Source: a virus (lineage: Duplodnaviria > Caudoviricetes). From it: a DNA stretch of 55,052 bases. Of the stretch, positions 9,215 through 18,624 are shown piece by piece. The number at the start of each line of letters is the position of its first letter. The first letter of the stretch is position 1. The notes under the pieces are model-generated. The model had not been told where the DNA came from and did no database searches. It saw nothing but the letters and a program-made list of their open reading frames with translations. The translations under genes were made by a program, and so were the position numbers. The stretch lies in the IMG/VR virus record IMGVR_UViG_3300044546_001769, positions 1-55,052 of that record; one strand, 5' to 3'.

Positions 9215-12051
9215 CAACATTTACATTTTCATCTTACATTTCTGGTTCTGCTCCATCTACCAACGTTTTTGATTACGGATTTTTTAAAAATCATAAAATT
9301 TTACGATGGACCGAACTTGTTTATGGTTTAGAAATGACTGCTGCAGAAATAGCAAACTCTACAGAACTAAAATTTGTTATTCCTTCGATAGCGCCTGCAC
9401 AAAAAATGTTAAATCAGTTAATTCAAAATGAGAGTATTAGAGCAGCAGATGATGATTTAGATTTTTATTGCATGGGCGTTATAACAAAATCAAATAACAC
9501 TGTTGAATACTTTGACGTTGTTTCTAGCACAAAGGTTTATGGTATTAATGATCTTAATCTTTCAGTGTCATCAGAAACGCCACCGGCTGAATACGCGTTG
9601 ACGTATTTGTTACGAATGATCAACTATTCAAACAGCGACAATTATGATTATAAGTTTGAACGTCTAGCGAATCAAACCACATTTACGGTTAATATTCCTC
9701 CTAGTAAACTTTTGAATGCTGTACGCATAGGTATAGCTGTATATCCTAAATTCTGTCTTGATATTATTGCGCAAACGATTGGCGGCGGCGGAAATAATAA
9801 CGGAGGCGGTGGTGGCGAATCAATTGGAAACATGATTTGGGATTCTAATTCCAGCGCATATATTTCTCAAGAACCGGTTCAGACAAACGGAAAAAGTCAA
9901 TTCACATACACGTTTGACGTATCTCGACTCAAGAATGAAGTAGATCAATTAGTCATCGCGAATGAAACAGATCCAGAACTTCCAGAAAATCTTTTACAAA
10001 TTTTAACTGGGCCGCGTGCTTATGATTGTTGTGTTATTGCACTAGCAATAGAAGACATGGAAGCATTCAGTGGAATGTTTGGAGTTGCAACACATCAGTC
10101 AAGCGGTGCAGTTAATGATCCAAGAAATCTTAGTTTTGATCAAAATATCATTAAAATATTTGCGCAGCAAGTTCTCGCTGGAAATATACAACCAATGCCA
10201 ACCAATGATGGAATAAACACAATAAATGTTGTTTACGAAAGTGACGTGAATCAAGGCTCATTGTTATGTTGTTTCGTGTTCTCGTATGCTATGATGGCTG
10301 CGATGGAAGCCGAAGGCGGGTTTAATAATGATGGTGAGGATGAAACTCCTATTGAGTATGCTCCGTACAGATTTTTCGGGTATGAATCGAGTTTATATAT
10401 AAACATTAATCCAGAATATTGGAGAAATGCAAATGGATGGAGCAGTAATGTAGGCCAAACTAGCATAGCATTTATTGTTACTAATGTTTGGTTGCCAGGT
10501 CAAATAAAACCGGAACTGTTAAACTTCAGTTTAACGCCTGACTCGCAGTATGAACATGGTCCGTACAGACTTGAATTTTATTCGTACTGGGAAAATACAT
10601 TCCCTGACATGTCAGACAAAACAGAACAACAATGGAATGAGCTGCTGTCAGTTCCACTTGGCGAGCTTGATGGTTTTGGAAATATTGATATTAATATTCC
10701 AAGCGACTATGGAAATATTGTTATTGTGAAAGTTATAGCTTATAATTCTGGACCAGTAGAACACGTTCCTATGTTGACGGTTACTGCTAAAGAAATTCAA
10801 AACAACGTACCGTCGATGTTAGCTGGATATACTATAACAGATTTAGATTTTGCAAGTAATTGGTATGGATTTGCTTTGGATTCAAATTCTGAAACTACTG
10901 GCATAACTAACAGAACGACATACTGCAAAGTATTCAGAATAAACAATATAGACAATATGTCTGGAGCAGGATGGGTTCGCGTTACCACTCCAGATTCAAA
11001 TGCATGGATTTACAAATTCAATGCAGATTCACATGAGTTTGGTGATTTTGATCGTGATGGCGGTCGCAAGTTTTTATTGATCTCTGAAGAAGAATTACAA
11101 AAACCAGTTTATATAATGGTAACAACACCCAATGAATATCAAACTGGCTGGTTTAATATTTTATCTGGAAGTGAAGATTTTGCTGGTGATAGACGATACC
11201 AAATTTTTGACTCCTCATTTAATGAATTAATAACGCTAAATGATACATCTCCGACTTCTGCGTTTAACAGATATGATGGAAGAATAGTAGAAGAAAATAA
11301 TTGGTGCGACATTAATGATATTCAGCCAACAAAGCGTGCTACCGACGGCAATACATACAATAAAGAATTAATAGACGACCCTCGAGGAAACGGAAAAATC
11401 TGGAAAATAACTCCAATAATGAATCCTGGATCGTATTATGAAATGAATAGTACGATGCTCGGCGAAACTTTTTATGCGAATAGACCAACAGATTTGGGCC
11501 ATTATTATGTGTATTATAAAGGAACTTGGAACAATAATCATAAACCACTAACACCTAGCACTGTTCACGAGTTTATTGCTGATGCAGGACTTTCATCTGA
11601 CGATTACGATGATTTTATTATAACATATAATTCCTCTATTGGTGGCATTGTTACTAGAAAATATATCGGAGAAACCGCCGATATCTGGAGCAATCCCATT
11701 CCACAATATAGAACGAATTTTATTGATTTGTCGGGTTGGACTATTGTACTCATTGCTGAAATATATTTCAACGGCGTTCCAAATGGTTTGTTACAGGAAG
11801 TTGGCTATAATGGTACATACACAACAGCACTTGACAAATTATTTAGAGAAAGCTCACATTTTGAATATAGCGATTTAAAACAATATTTTACAGATCCATC
11901 AATCGCCGGAATAATAGGTTATTATAATCGAACGTATAATAACCAAACAGATCAAAACGATGAGTCATATACAATTGATTATATAAGAGAAGTACGAATT
12001 GGAGAAGATTATACCGGCACGTTCTATATCAAACCTCTTGAATATTTGTAA
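9211..12051 (+). CDS. Large hypothetical structural protein with Gly-rich linker and a degenerate PPC-like segment
   Basis: 946 aa ORF with ATGA overlap; GGGGNNNGGGGG; VYIMVTTPNEYQTGWFNI resembles a PPC C-terminal strand. Confidence 0.65.
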   Translation: MTTFTFSSYISGSAPSTNVFDYGFFKNHKILRWTELVYGLEMTAAEIANSTELKFVIPSIAPAQKMLNQLIQNESIRAADDDLDFYCMGVITKSNNTVEYFDVVSSTKVYGINDLNLSVSSETPPAEYALTYLLRMINYSNSDNYDYKFERLANQTTFTVNIPPSKLLNAVRIGIAVYPKFCLDIIAQTIGGGGNNNGGGGGESIGNMIWDSNSSAYISQEPVQTNGKSQFTYTFDVSRLKNEVDQLVIANETDPELPENLLQILTGPRAYDCCVIALAIEDMEAFSGMFGVATHQSSGAVNDPRNLSFDQNIIKIFAQQVLAGNIQPMPTNDGINTINVVYESDVNQGSLLCCFVFSYAMMAAMEAEGGFNNDGEDETPIEYAPYRFFGYESSLYININPEYWRNANGWSSNVGQTSIAFIVTNVWLPGQIKPELLNFSLTPDSQYEHGPYRLEFYSYWENTFPDMSDKTEQQWNELLSVPLGELDGFGNIDINIPSDYGNIVIVKVIAYNSGPVEHVPMLTVTAKEIQNNVPSMLAGYTITDLDFASNWYGFALDSNSETTGITNRTTYCKVFRINNIDNMSGAGWVRVTTPDSNAWIYKFNADSHEFGDFDRDGGRKFLLISEEELQKPVYIMVTTPNEYQTGWFNILSGSEDFAGDRRYQIFDSSFNELITLNDTSPTSAFNRYDGRIVEENNWCDINDIQPTKRATDGNTYNKELIDDPRGNGKIWKITPIMNPGSYYEMNSTMLGETFYANRPTDLGHYYVYYKGTWNNNHKPLTPSTVHEFIADAGLSSDDYDDFIITYNSSIGGIVTRKYIGETADIWSNPIPQYRTNFIDLSGWTIVLIAEIYFNGVPNGLLQEVGYNGTYTTALDKLFRESSHFEYSDLKQYFTDPSIAGIIGYYNRTYNNQTDQNDESYTIDYIREVRIGEDYTGTFYIKPLEYL

Positions 12052-12062
12052 AACATTATTTT

Positions 12063-12070
12063 TATAAATA
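12063..12070 (+). promoter_or_regulatory. T4-type late promoter TATAAATA
   Basis: Exact T4 gp55 consensus in the intergenic gap, 28 nt before ATG 12099; gp55 is encoded in the window. Confidence 0.8.
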
Positions 12071-12098
12071 TGGTGTATCTTGAAACAACAACAAAAAA

Positions 12099-12542
12099 AT
12101 GAATCAACAAGTACAACCTCAAAAAGAAGAATTTCCACCCGAGTTTGACCGGCGTGGAGCTAATCGCGCCGCCAGTCAATGGATTCGTAATGCACTACAT
12201 GAGCAGGGCGAAAAAATAGACGGCATAAAGGCTGAAGTGCATGAAATAAAGGGAATTCTTGAAAAAACAATTCCAGAATCAGACTGGGACGGTCATCGCA
12301 AGAGTCATTTAATTTTTCTTCAACGTGAAGAAGAATTGAGAAAGCACGAAGCTGAGCACAAAAAACTACAAGAAGAACAACGACTTTTTTGGTCGGGTAT
12401 AAAACAAGATATAATAAAATATTCACTGAGAGCAGCAGGAATATTTTTAATTGGTATTTTTATACTAGGTGGTCAAGCAAAATTTAAAGAATGGATTCGT
12501 TTAGCAATGGCAGAACAACCTGCTATAGAGGTTAAAAAATGA
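12099..12542 (+). CDS. Membrane protein, putative holin-like (coiled coil + C-terminal TM)
   Basis: DWDGHRKSH motif, coiled coil and TM AAGIFLIGIFILGG; pattern recalled from betaproteobacterial phage lysis-region proteins. Confidence 0.55.
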   Translation: MNQQVQPQKEEFPPEFDRRGANRAASQWIRNALHEQGEKIDGIKAEVHEIKGILEKTIPESDWDGHRKSHLIFLQREEELRKHEAEHKKLQEEQRLFWSGIKQDIIKYSLRAAGIFLIGIFILGGQAKFKEWIRLAMAEQPAIEVKK

Positions 12543-12976
12543 AAGACGAACATATTCTAACACTGGTTGGATGGGTGGCATTTGTTATGACGTTGTTTTT
12601 TGGAACAATTGTATTTTATACATTTGACGGAACACCACCTTTTGAAATAAGCGACTCAGTTAGTAGCGTAACTAGAGAAGAAAATGGTAATTATGTACTA
12701 ACTGAAAGTCGCGGCTTTGTTGGGCATGATAGTCAAGTTCTTACGATATTTAGAACGTTGTATAAAAAGGAGGACGACAAGCACGTAAACAGCATTGAAG
12801 GCGGTTCTGTCATGAATCAAAATGATGATTATGTTGTTTTAAGAGCTATTCAAATTCCTCCACACTTGAATGGTTGGTGGTGTTCACGCGCTATTGTTTT
12901 TTGGAGACCGTCACTTTCACTTAAACAACACAGTTTAAATTTACCTGACCTTTGTTTTGAAATACCAAGAAAATGA
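12539..12976 (+). CDS. Membrane-anchored periplasmic protein
   Basis: N-terminal TM (LTLVGWVAFVMTLFFGTIVFY), beta-rich domain with two Cys; ATGA overlaps on both sides. Confidence 0.7.
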   Translation: MKDEHILTLVGWVAFVMTLFFGTIVFYTFDGTPPFEISDSVSSVTREENGNYVLTESRGFVGHDSQVLTIFRTLYKKEDDKHVNSIEGGSVMNQNDDYVVLRAIQIPPHLNGWWCSRAIVFWRPSLSLKQHSLNLPDLCFEIPRK

Positions 12977-13758
12977 AAAAAATATTTTTTGTATTAGTAT
13001 CATTGTTTATTTCTGTTTCTGTATTTGCACAATCTGCTAAAAAAATAAGAATAGTCACTGAAGACTTTCCTCCATTTCAAACATTACAAAATGGCGAAAT
13101 TGTTGGTCCAATGTACAGTGTAATGCAAGCAATTTGTAAAGAGGCAAAACTCTCGTGTAACATTGAATTGCTGGAATGGAAAGACGCATATAGACAAGCA
13201 CTAGATGGAAGTGCTGACGTTGTTTTCTCTATTTTATTGGAAGTGCCGGAGAGAGCTCAATTCTTTTACATGTCGCCGTCAATAGTAGATACAAGTTATT
13301 CATTGTTTGTTACAAGCCGAAACAAATGGAAATATACTGGATATGAATCACTTGAGGGCATGAAAATTGGAGCGTACGGTCCAAGTGGAACAAGTATTGT
13401 TGCTCAAGAATTAGTAAAAGGACGAGAAATTGCAGGCTTTTCTGTTGTTCCACTTACTATAGAACCAAGTATAGTCGAAAGTTTCCAGCAGCTGATTACT
13501 GGAAAGTATGGCGACAATGGAGCAGTCGTTGTCAATAAAGATGTTGGGCTAGCACTGTTGAAGAAACATTCTATTTTTGGACCCAAACCTGCCGGTGATA
13601 TTAAAAGCATAACGTACGGATTTGGTTTTTCTAAAAAGAGTCCAAATGCCGCAGAATTTCAAAAAATGGTAGACGCTCTTAGGCGTTTGCAAGATAATAA
13701 AACCATTGTTGAAACACTTCGCTGGCACGGCTTAAAAGCATCTCAACACAAAAGATAA
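12973..13758 (+). CDS. Periplasmic solute-binding protein, family 3 (amino-acid ABC type)
   Basis: Signal peptide ending VFA; IRIVTEDFPPF...G.ADVVFSI...ERAQFFYMSPSI...LEGMKIGAYGPSGT...YGFGFSKKS. Confidence 0.9.
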   Translation: MKKIFFVLVSLFISVSVFAQSAKKIRIVTEDFPPFQTLQNGEIVGPMYSVMQAICKEAKLSCNIELLEWKDAYRQALDGSADVVFSILLEVPERAQFFYMSPSIVDTSYSLFVTSRNKWKYTGYESLEGMKIGAYGPSGTSIVAQELVKGREIAGFSVVPLTIEPSIVESFQQLITGKYGDNGAVVVNKDVGLALLKKHSIFGPKPAGDIKSITYGFGFSKKSPNAAEFQKMVDALRRLQDNKTIVETLRWHGLKASQHKR

Positions 13759-13846
13759 TTTATTTTCGTAAAACTGTTATTACTATGATTTGTTGTTATC
13801 AAATGAAATTGATTCTAAACTTAAATTTCGATAAACTAAGGAAATC

Positions 13847-14305
13847 ATGGAATTTTATAACTACACAAATGCGCGTCAAATACGTGATCTGACAAAAGAA
13901 CGTGAGGCAAATTTTTGTTTAAACCAAATCGCAGAAAAATTTAATGGTAAAATTGAAGCAATTCATTATGACTATATATATGAAGTAGGAAATTCATTAA
14001 GTGATTTTAAAACTGTATGCAGATATCAATATGCAGAGATTCTTAAAAAACAATGTGATGTTCCTGAATTAGTTATAAAAGAACTTATGGACATAATTAA
14101 AAAAGAAGATACATTATTTTTCTTCTTAGTCGATTTTCCAAAAGGACAGTTTAGAAAATGTTCAGCCGAAATTTTCTCTTGTGTGAAAAGTTTGGGTTAT
14201 GTTTCTATTACGTTAGATGATTATAATCGTTCTGGAAGAGACGTTTGGGGAAGTTATGGTTTTTCTGGAGATTATTTGACGGATGGCAGAATAAAAATTT
14301 TATGA
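13847..14305 (+). CDS. Hypothetical protein
   Basis: SD aagga; 152 aa ORF. Confidence 0.7.
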   Translation: MEFYNYTNARQIRDLTKEREANFCLNQIAEKFNGKIEAIHYDYIYEVGNSLSDFKTVCRYQYAEILKKQCDVPELVIKELMDIIKKEDTLFFFLVDFPKGQFRKCSAEIFSCVKSLGYVSITLDDYNRSGRDVWGSYGFSGDYLTDGRIKIL

Positions 14306-14315
14306 AAGGTTTGGT

Positions 14316-14759
14316 ATGGATAAAATTGAAGAACAAATTAAGCAGCTAATTTCCGAAAAATTAAATGTTGATTTAGAAACAGCAAATGTAATTATCGTTG
14401 CAGTAAAATCTGGCAACGGCACTGCTGAACAAATTGAAGCATTCAACAAAATTGAACAAGAAATTAAATCTAAAATGGTCGATGTTTTTGGAAATGCTGC
14501 GCATGTAGAAAATCAAATTTCAGCAAGAAATTTAGCTATTACAAATAAAAGCAAAATTCCAGAATTCTTATCTGTTGTTATAACGATTGGTTTTTTTGGA
14601 ATCTTGGGTTATATGCTGACTATGGAATCTAAACCAAACGACACTATTTTAGTTATGCTTGGTTCGCTTGGTACAGCATGGATTGCTATTGTAAATTATT
14701 GGTTTGGATCTTCGAGCGGAAGTGCATACAAATCTGAAATAATGGCAAGACAAAAATGA
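14316..14759 (+). CDS. Putative holin (two C-terminal TM helices)
   Basis: LSVVITIGFFGIL...LVMLGSLGTAWIAIVNYWFGSSSGS motif typical of a widespread phage holin-like family. Confidence 0.7.
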   Translation: MDKIEEQIKQLISEKLNVDLETANVIIVAVKSGNGTAEQIEAFNKIEQEIKSKMVDVFGNAAHVENQISARNLAITNKSKIPEFLSVVITIGFFGILGYMLTMESKPNDTILVMLGSLGTAWIAIVNYWFGSSSGSAYKSEIMARQK

Positions 14760-15559
14760 AAATAAAAAAAATAACAGTTGATTTATATAAATGCGTAAAA
14801 AATGTTTTTTACATAAAAAATGTTTTTACAGCTTCTAATTCAAGCGATCCAGTGTGGCGTAAAAACTTTGGCGAGTTTGAAACACTGGCTAATACTGTTC
14901 CAAAGTTTACTAAAACTGTTTTTAATTTGTTAACTGGCGAACTCTCAAAAAATAATGAATTAATTTTAAAAGATGTTGACGGAGATGAGCATTGGTTTTA
15001 CATCAATGGTATAATGACATCAAAAGAAGTTGCTGCATATAATGAATTGGCATTAGAAAATATTTTTGGAAAAGAGTTTCATACACTCTACAATCCTACA
15101 AATGGTTTCGCAGCAGATATGTTGGAAGTATTCTATGAAAGAACATTAGACAACATTGCACCAATCACACGACAGCTTTTTGACATTATAGACGAGCTGA
15201 TTTATAACGATAAAAAAGTTAGAATCATTTCATATTCTCAAGGCGGAATAATCACGAATAACTTCTTAAAAATGATAGCAAAACATTCGAAATGCGGAAA
15301 AAAGTATTCGAATTTGGAAATATATACTTTTGGTGGAGCTGCAGACGAAGAAGTATTAGTTAAAGGCGTATATCAAGAACATTTTGGAAACGAAAAAGAT
15401 TTTGTTGCACGAATTGGATTGATGTTTGAAAATACTCAAAGTAAATATTATACTTTAAATAATGCGGTTGGACATTTGTTAAATCAAGATTACCTTGAAC
15501 ATTTTAAAGCCGGCAGATATTGTAACGGAAAATCAAAATTATTTAGCTATACACAATGA
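14756..15559 (+). CDS. Alpha/beta-hydrolase-fold protein
   Basis: WFYINGIMT, nucleophile elbow ISYSQGG, YTFGGAA, NEKDFVARIG, GHLLN. Confidence 0.7.
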   Translation: MKIKKITVDLYKCVKNVFYIKNVFTASNSSDPVWRKNFGEFETLANTVPKFTKTVFNLLTGELSKNNELILKDVDGDEHWFYINGIMTSKEVAAYNELALENIFGKEFHTLYNPTNGFAADMLEVFYERTLDNIAPITRQLFDIIDELIYNDKKVRIISYSQGGIITNNFLKMIAKHSKCGKKYSNLEIYTFGGAADEEVLVKGVYQEHFGNEKDFVARIGLMFENTQSKYYTLNNAVGHLLNQDYLEHFKAGRYCNGKSKLFSYTQ

Positions 15560-18150
15560 CCGCATTAACGATTACATCGAGTACTAATAAAGATAGCACA
15601 GTAGGGCGACTCGATGGTGAATCAGTAACAATTAATGAAGGAACTTTTTTAATTGACTCTGATACTCGATGGGCTCAAGATTCGACGGTTTTTGGAAATT
15701 TTAATTTTTCTTCTACGCAGAATGGCTCATTAGCAATTGATGCGTCAAAAACGTGGCAGATTAATTTTGCAAAAGTTTCTGGTACTGTGCCCGGTCTTGC
15801 TGCACTTGGTTCGAATACTGTAGTAGGACAAACTTCTGGCGCTACTGGAGAATTAATTCGAGTATGGGCAAACAATAACAAAGTTCCGCTGAGTGCAAAC
15901 GGTGATCTTCCTTCTGTCGGTTGGATAAAACTTCGTTATAAAAATGGAGATTTTATAACTGGTGAAAATTTAATTTTGCCAAATGGTGCAATCATTCGAG
16001 CGGAAGACTCTGGAAGACGCAGCTGGATTAATTTTGTCGTACAAGATACTGCAACTATAAGACCTACAAGGACGTGTAATTTAATTTCTAATGGTGATTG
16101 GTACGATTTGGGATTAACGTCCGGCAGTTTAAATCAACAAATTGAATATCCCATAGCCGATCAATGTCCAGCACTTCAGATTGAAACCGCTCCTGGTTCT
16201 GGACAGTTTCAATGGTGGCTAAATGCTGGCAGTCGTTGGGGTAGTCTAATAAAATTTGTTAGTACTGATGAACGTGGTCGCTACTTTGGATGTTCCGCAA
16301 CAGGAACAATTACACTTGCTCAAGGTGGAGTAAACGCATGCGGAAAACTTCCAGCTGCTAATTGCAGAATACGAATTCCCAATATACTTGTTTCTAATGC
16401 CACATTGATAAATTGGTCCCAGAATAGTCTAACAGCAGCAAAACCTACAATTTCTACTGCATCGCAGGGACGTGCATTTTTAAATTTTTTGTCTGGATCA
16501 TTTAATTTAGACTGTTCAAATTTTGATACTGTGGAAATTAAAAATACATCATTGCTTGGTTCAATTATTTGTTCAAATTTAAACTATCCAGTACTTTTAG
16601 AAAATATTGCCGTAGGTGTTCAAAATACTATTGACACAATACCTATTAAAATAACAAATCTTTTTGCTGGTGGAAAATTCAAAAAAATATTTTGTTCAAA
16701 ATTTTCGTCGCGATCTACTGATGCAACTCTTGTAATCACTGATTCTGAAAATTTAGAGTTCTCTGATGATTGTGAATTTCATATTTTTCCAAGTTTAACG
16801 TCTCTTTCACGCGGAAATTTACTGTGCAGTACAATCGATGTAAAACAATTGTACAAGTCTACATTCGATAATATTAAAATTGTTGGAGCCAGATTTGTAA
16901 ATTTCTATTGCGAAGATTTGGTTATTAGGAATACGCAGTATGCCGATGCAACGTCTGGTACAACTGGTCTGAATATTCAGCACAGCGCCTTAGACTTATC
17001 ATATTGTACTAATTGCAAAATAGACGGTGTTTCTTCTTACTATTCACTGAGTAATGTTCATCCGTATATATCAGTTGTTAATTTTGTAAATTCAAGAAAT
17101 ATTGATATTAGAAATATTGGAACACCGGTTCAGCCGTATAACTGTGGAACAGCTAATTCATGTGGATATGTTGTTAGTGGTTCTGCAACTAAAGGTATTA
17201 ATCTAATAAGAATTTATTCTATTAATACGCGTCTAAGCGTAACACAACTTGGAATACAATGTTCTGATGTCAATTTTATAAATGTTCAAGGCGATTATTC
17301 TGACTCTGGAACAGTAGATGCAAAAAACGCGGTCATTCGCGGAAGTAAGTGGATCTCTACTAATTTGACACGAGTTGGCAATACTGGAAAAATGTGGGAA
17401 GATGGATTTAATTCTGATATAACAGGATTTGTAACCATTGCATGTAATGAGCCGTATTCTTATCAAAATACCGAATTCGAAATTTTCGGAAAAGCTCGAT
17501 TTGACGCGGTTGGAAATATATTCTTGTCTGAAATCGGCGATAGCGTAGTATATACGCAACAATATTTCTGTTTAGGTCATGAATCGCTTGACTCATTTTT
17601 GTTTTTTGGAACTAACTCATCATATATTAAAAGACACTTTCAAATTGACACAGGTTCTGGATTTAACGGCACTTGGTTAGAAGTAACTACCGCAAATTTA
17701 CGTTCATTTATCATAAATCCTGTGGTTGGATTTAAATTAAAAATTAAATTTGCATGTGTTACTGCATCACCGAATAATCGTGTTTCTTTTTTAAGAATAA
17801 ATACAAAAACAAGTTTAGTATCCCAAAGAATACAATATACTGATTTACCGTCGTTTAACAATGGAAATACAGTTATAATTAAACCAGTAAACTTTGTATT
17901 GCGAATTTCAAATATTGTTGCTGGTTCTAAAATTGTTATTTTTAAATCAGCTGATGGAACAGATATCAATAAATCTGATTCTATTGATTCTGATTTTTAT
18001 GATTATAACTATACATATGAAAGTGACATTCCTGTAACAGTTGTAATCCATCATCAAGATTATAAAGAAGTGCGATTTAATGTGGTTTTATCAGAATCAA
18101 ACAATAACATTCCAATATTGCAACAGCTAGAACCGACGAGTTTAGAATAA
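15556..18150 (+). CDS. Large structural protein with probable beta-helix (tailspike-like)
   Basis: 864 aa ORF; repetitive N/I/C-rich beta-helix-like centre; late region. Confidence 0.65.
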   Translation: MTALTITSSTNKDSTVGRLDGESVTINEGTFLIDSDTRWAQDSTVFGNFNFSSTQNGSLAIDASKTWQINFAKVSGTVPGLAALGSNTVVGQTSGATGELIRVWANNNKVPLSANGDLPSVGWIKLRYKNGDFITGENLILPNGAIIRAEDSGRRSWINFVVQDTATIRPTRTCNLISNGDWYDLGLTSGSLNQQIEYPIADQCPALQIETAPGSGQFQWWLNAGSRWGSLIKFVSTDERGRYFGCSATGTITLAQGGVNACGKLPAANCRIRIPNILVSNATLINWSQNSLTAAKPTISTASQGRAFLNFLSGSFNLDCSNFDTVEIKNTSLLGSIICSNLNYPVLLENIAVGVQNTIDTIPIKITNLFAGGKFKKIFCSKFSSRSTDATLVITDSENLEFSDDCEFHIFPSLTSLSRGNLLCSTIDVKQLYKSTFDNIKIVGARFVNFYCEDLVIRNTQYADATSGTTGLNIQHSALDLSYCTNCKIDGVSSYYSLSNVHPYISVVNFVNSRNIDIRNIGTPVQPYNCGTANSCGYVVSGSATKGINLIRIYSINTRLSVTQLGIQCSDVNFINVQGDYSDSGTVDAKNAVIRGSKWISTNLTRVGNTGKMWEDGFNSDITGFVTIACNEPYSYQNTEFEIFGKARFDAVGNIFLSEIGDSVVYTQQYFCLGHESLDSFLFFGTNSSYIKRHFQIDTGSGFNGTWLEVTTANLRSFIINPVVGFKLKIKFACVTASPNNRVSFLRINTKTSLVSQRIQYTDLPSFNNGNTVIIKPVNFVLRISNIVAGSKIVIFKSADGTDINKSDSIDSDFYDYNYTYESDIPVTVVIHHQDYKEVRFNVVLSESNNNIPILQQLEPTSLE

Positions 18151-18164
18151 AAGAAAGTCAACAA

Positions 18165-18587
18165 ATGAAAACATATGAACAATTCATAGCGTTATTAGAA
18201 TCATCCTTCGTATCAGACAGTCCTAGTACAGGTGCTTCAGTCGGTGTTAAATTTGATGTAAAGAAAAACGCAGAAAAATCTGTTGGGACTCATGCAAATG
18301 ACGCGCCAAAAGAACATCATGATGTTTATCACGAAGGTAAGCATGTTGGACATGTTAGTTCTTATTCTGGGTATAAGGATAAGAAAGCAACAGGATCTCG
18401 TGTAGTTTCATCAAGAAAAGATGTAAAACTTTGGTCCGCTACTGTATATGGCAATGAGCACAACCGTCACGGTTCACATTGGAATGCAACACCAGCTGAA
18501 AGTCAATATACTAGCATGGAGTTTACGAACAAGAAAGAAGCATTACAGCATCTAGCAAACTCTCATAAATCAAATACTAACAGGTAA
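18165..18587 (+). CDS. Putative internal head protein with T4-type capsid-targeting sequence
   Basis: N-terminus MKTYEQFIALLE resembles the T4 IP CTS MKTYQEFIAE; basic and His-rich. Confidence 0.7.
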   Translation: MKTYEQFIALLESSFVSDSPSTGASVGVKFDVKKNAEKSVGTHANDAPKEHHDVYHEGKHVGHVSSYSGYKDKKATGSRVVSSRKDVKLWSATVYGNEHNRHGSHWNATPAESQYTSMEFTNKKEALQHLANSHKSNTNR

Positions 18588-18624
18588 TTAGAACGCATCA
18601 GCGAACTTATAAAAGGTAAAATAA

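Noticed and set aside
4777-12051. Diversity-generating retroelement or invertible tail locus
   Set aside because: No reverse transcriptase or invertase and no adenine-specific near-identical repeat pair; the internal duplication is old and visible mainly at protein level
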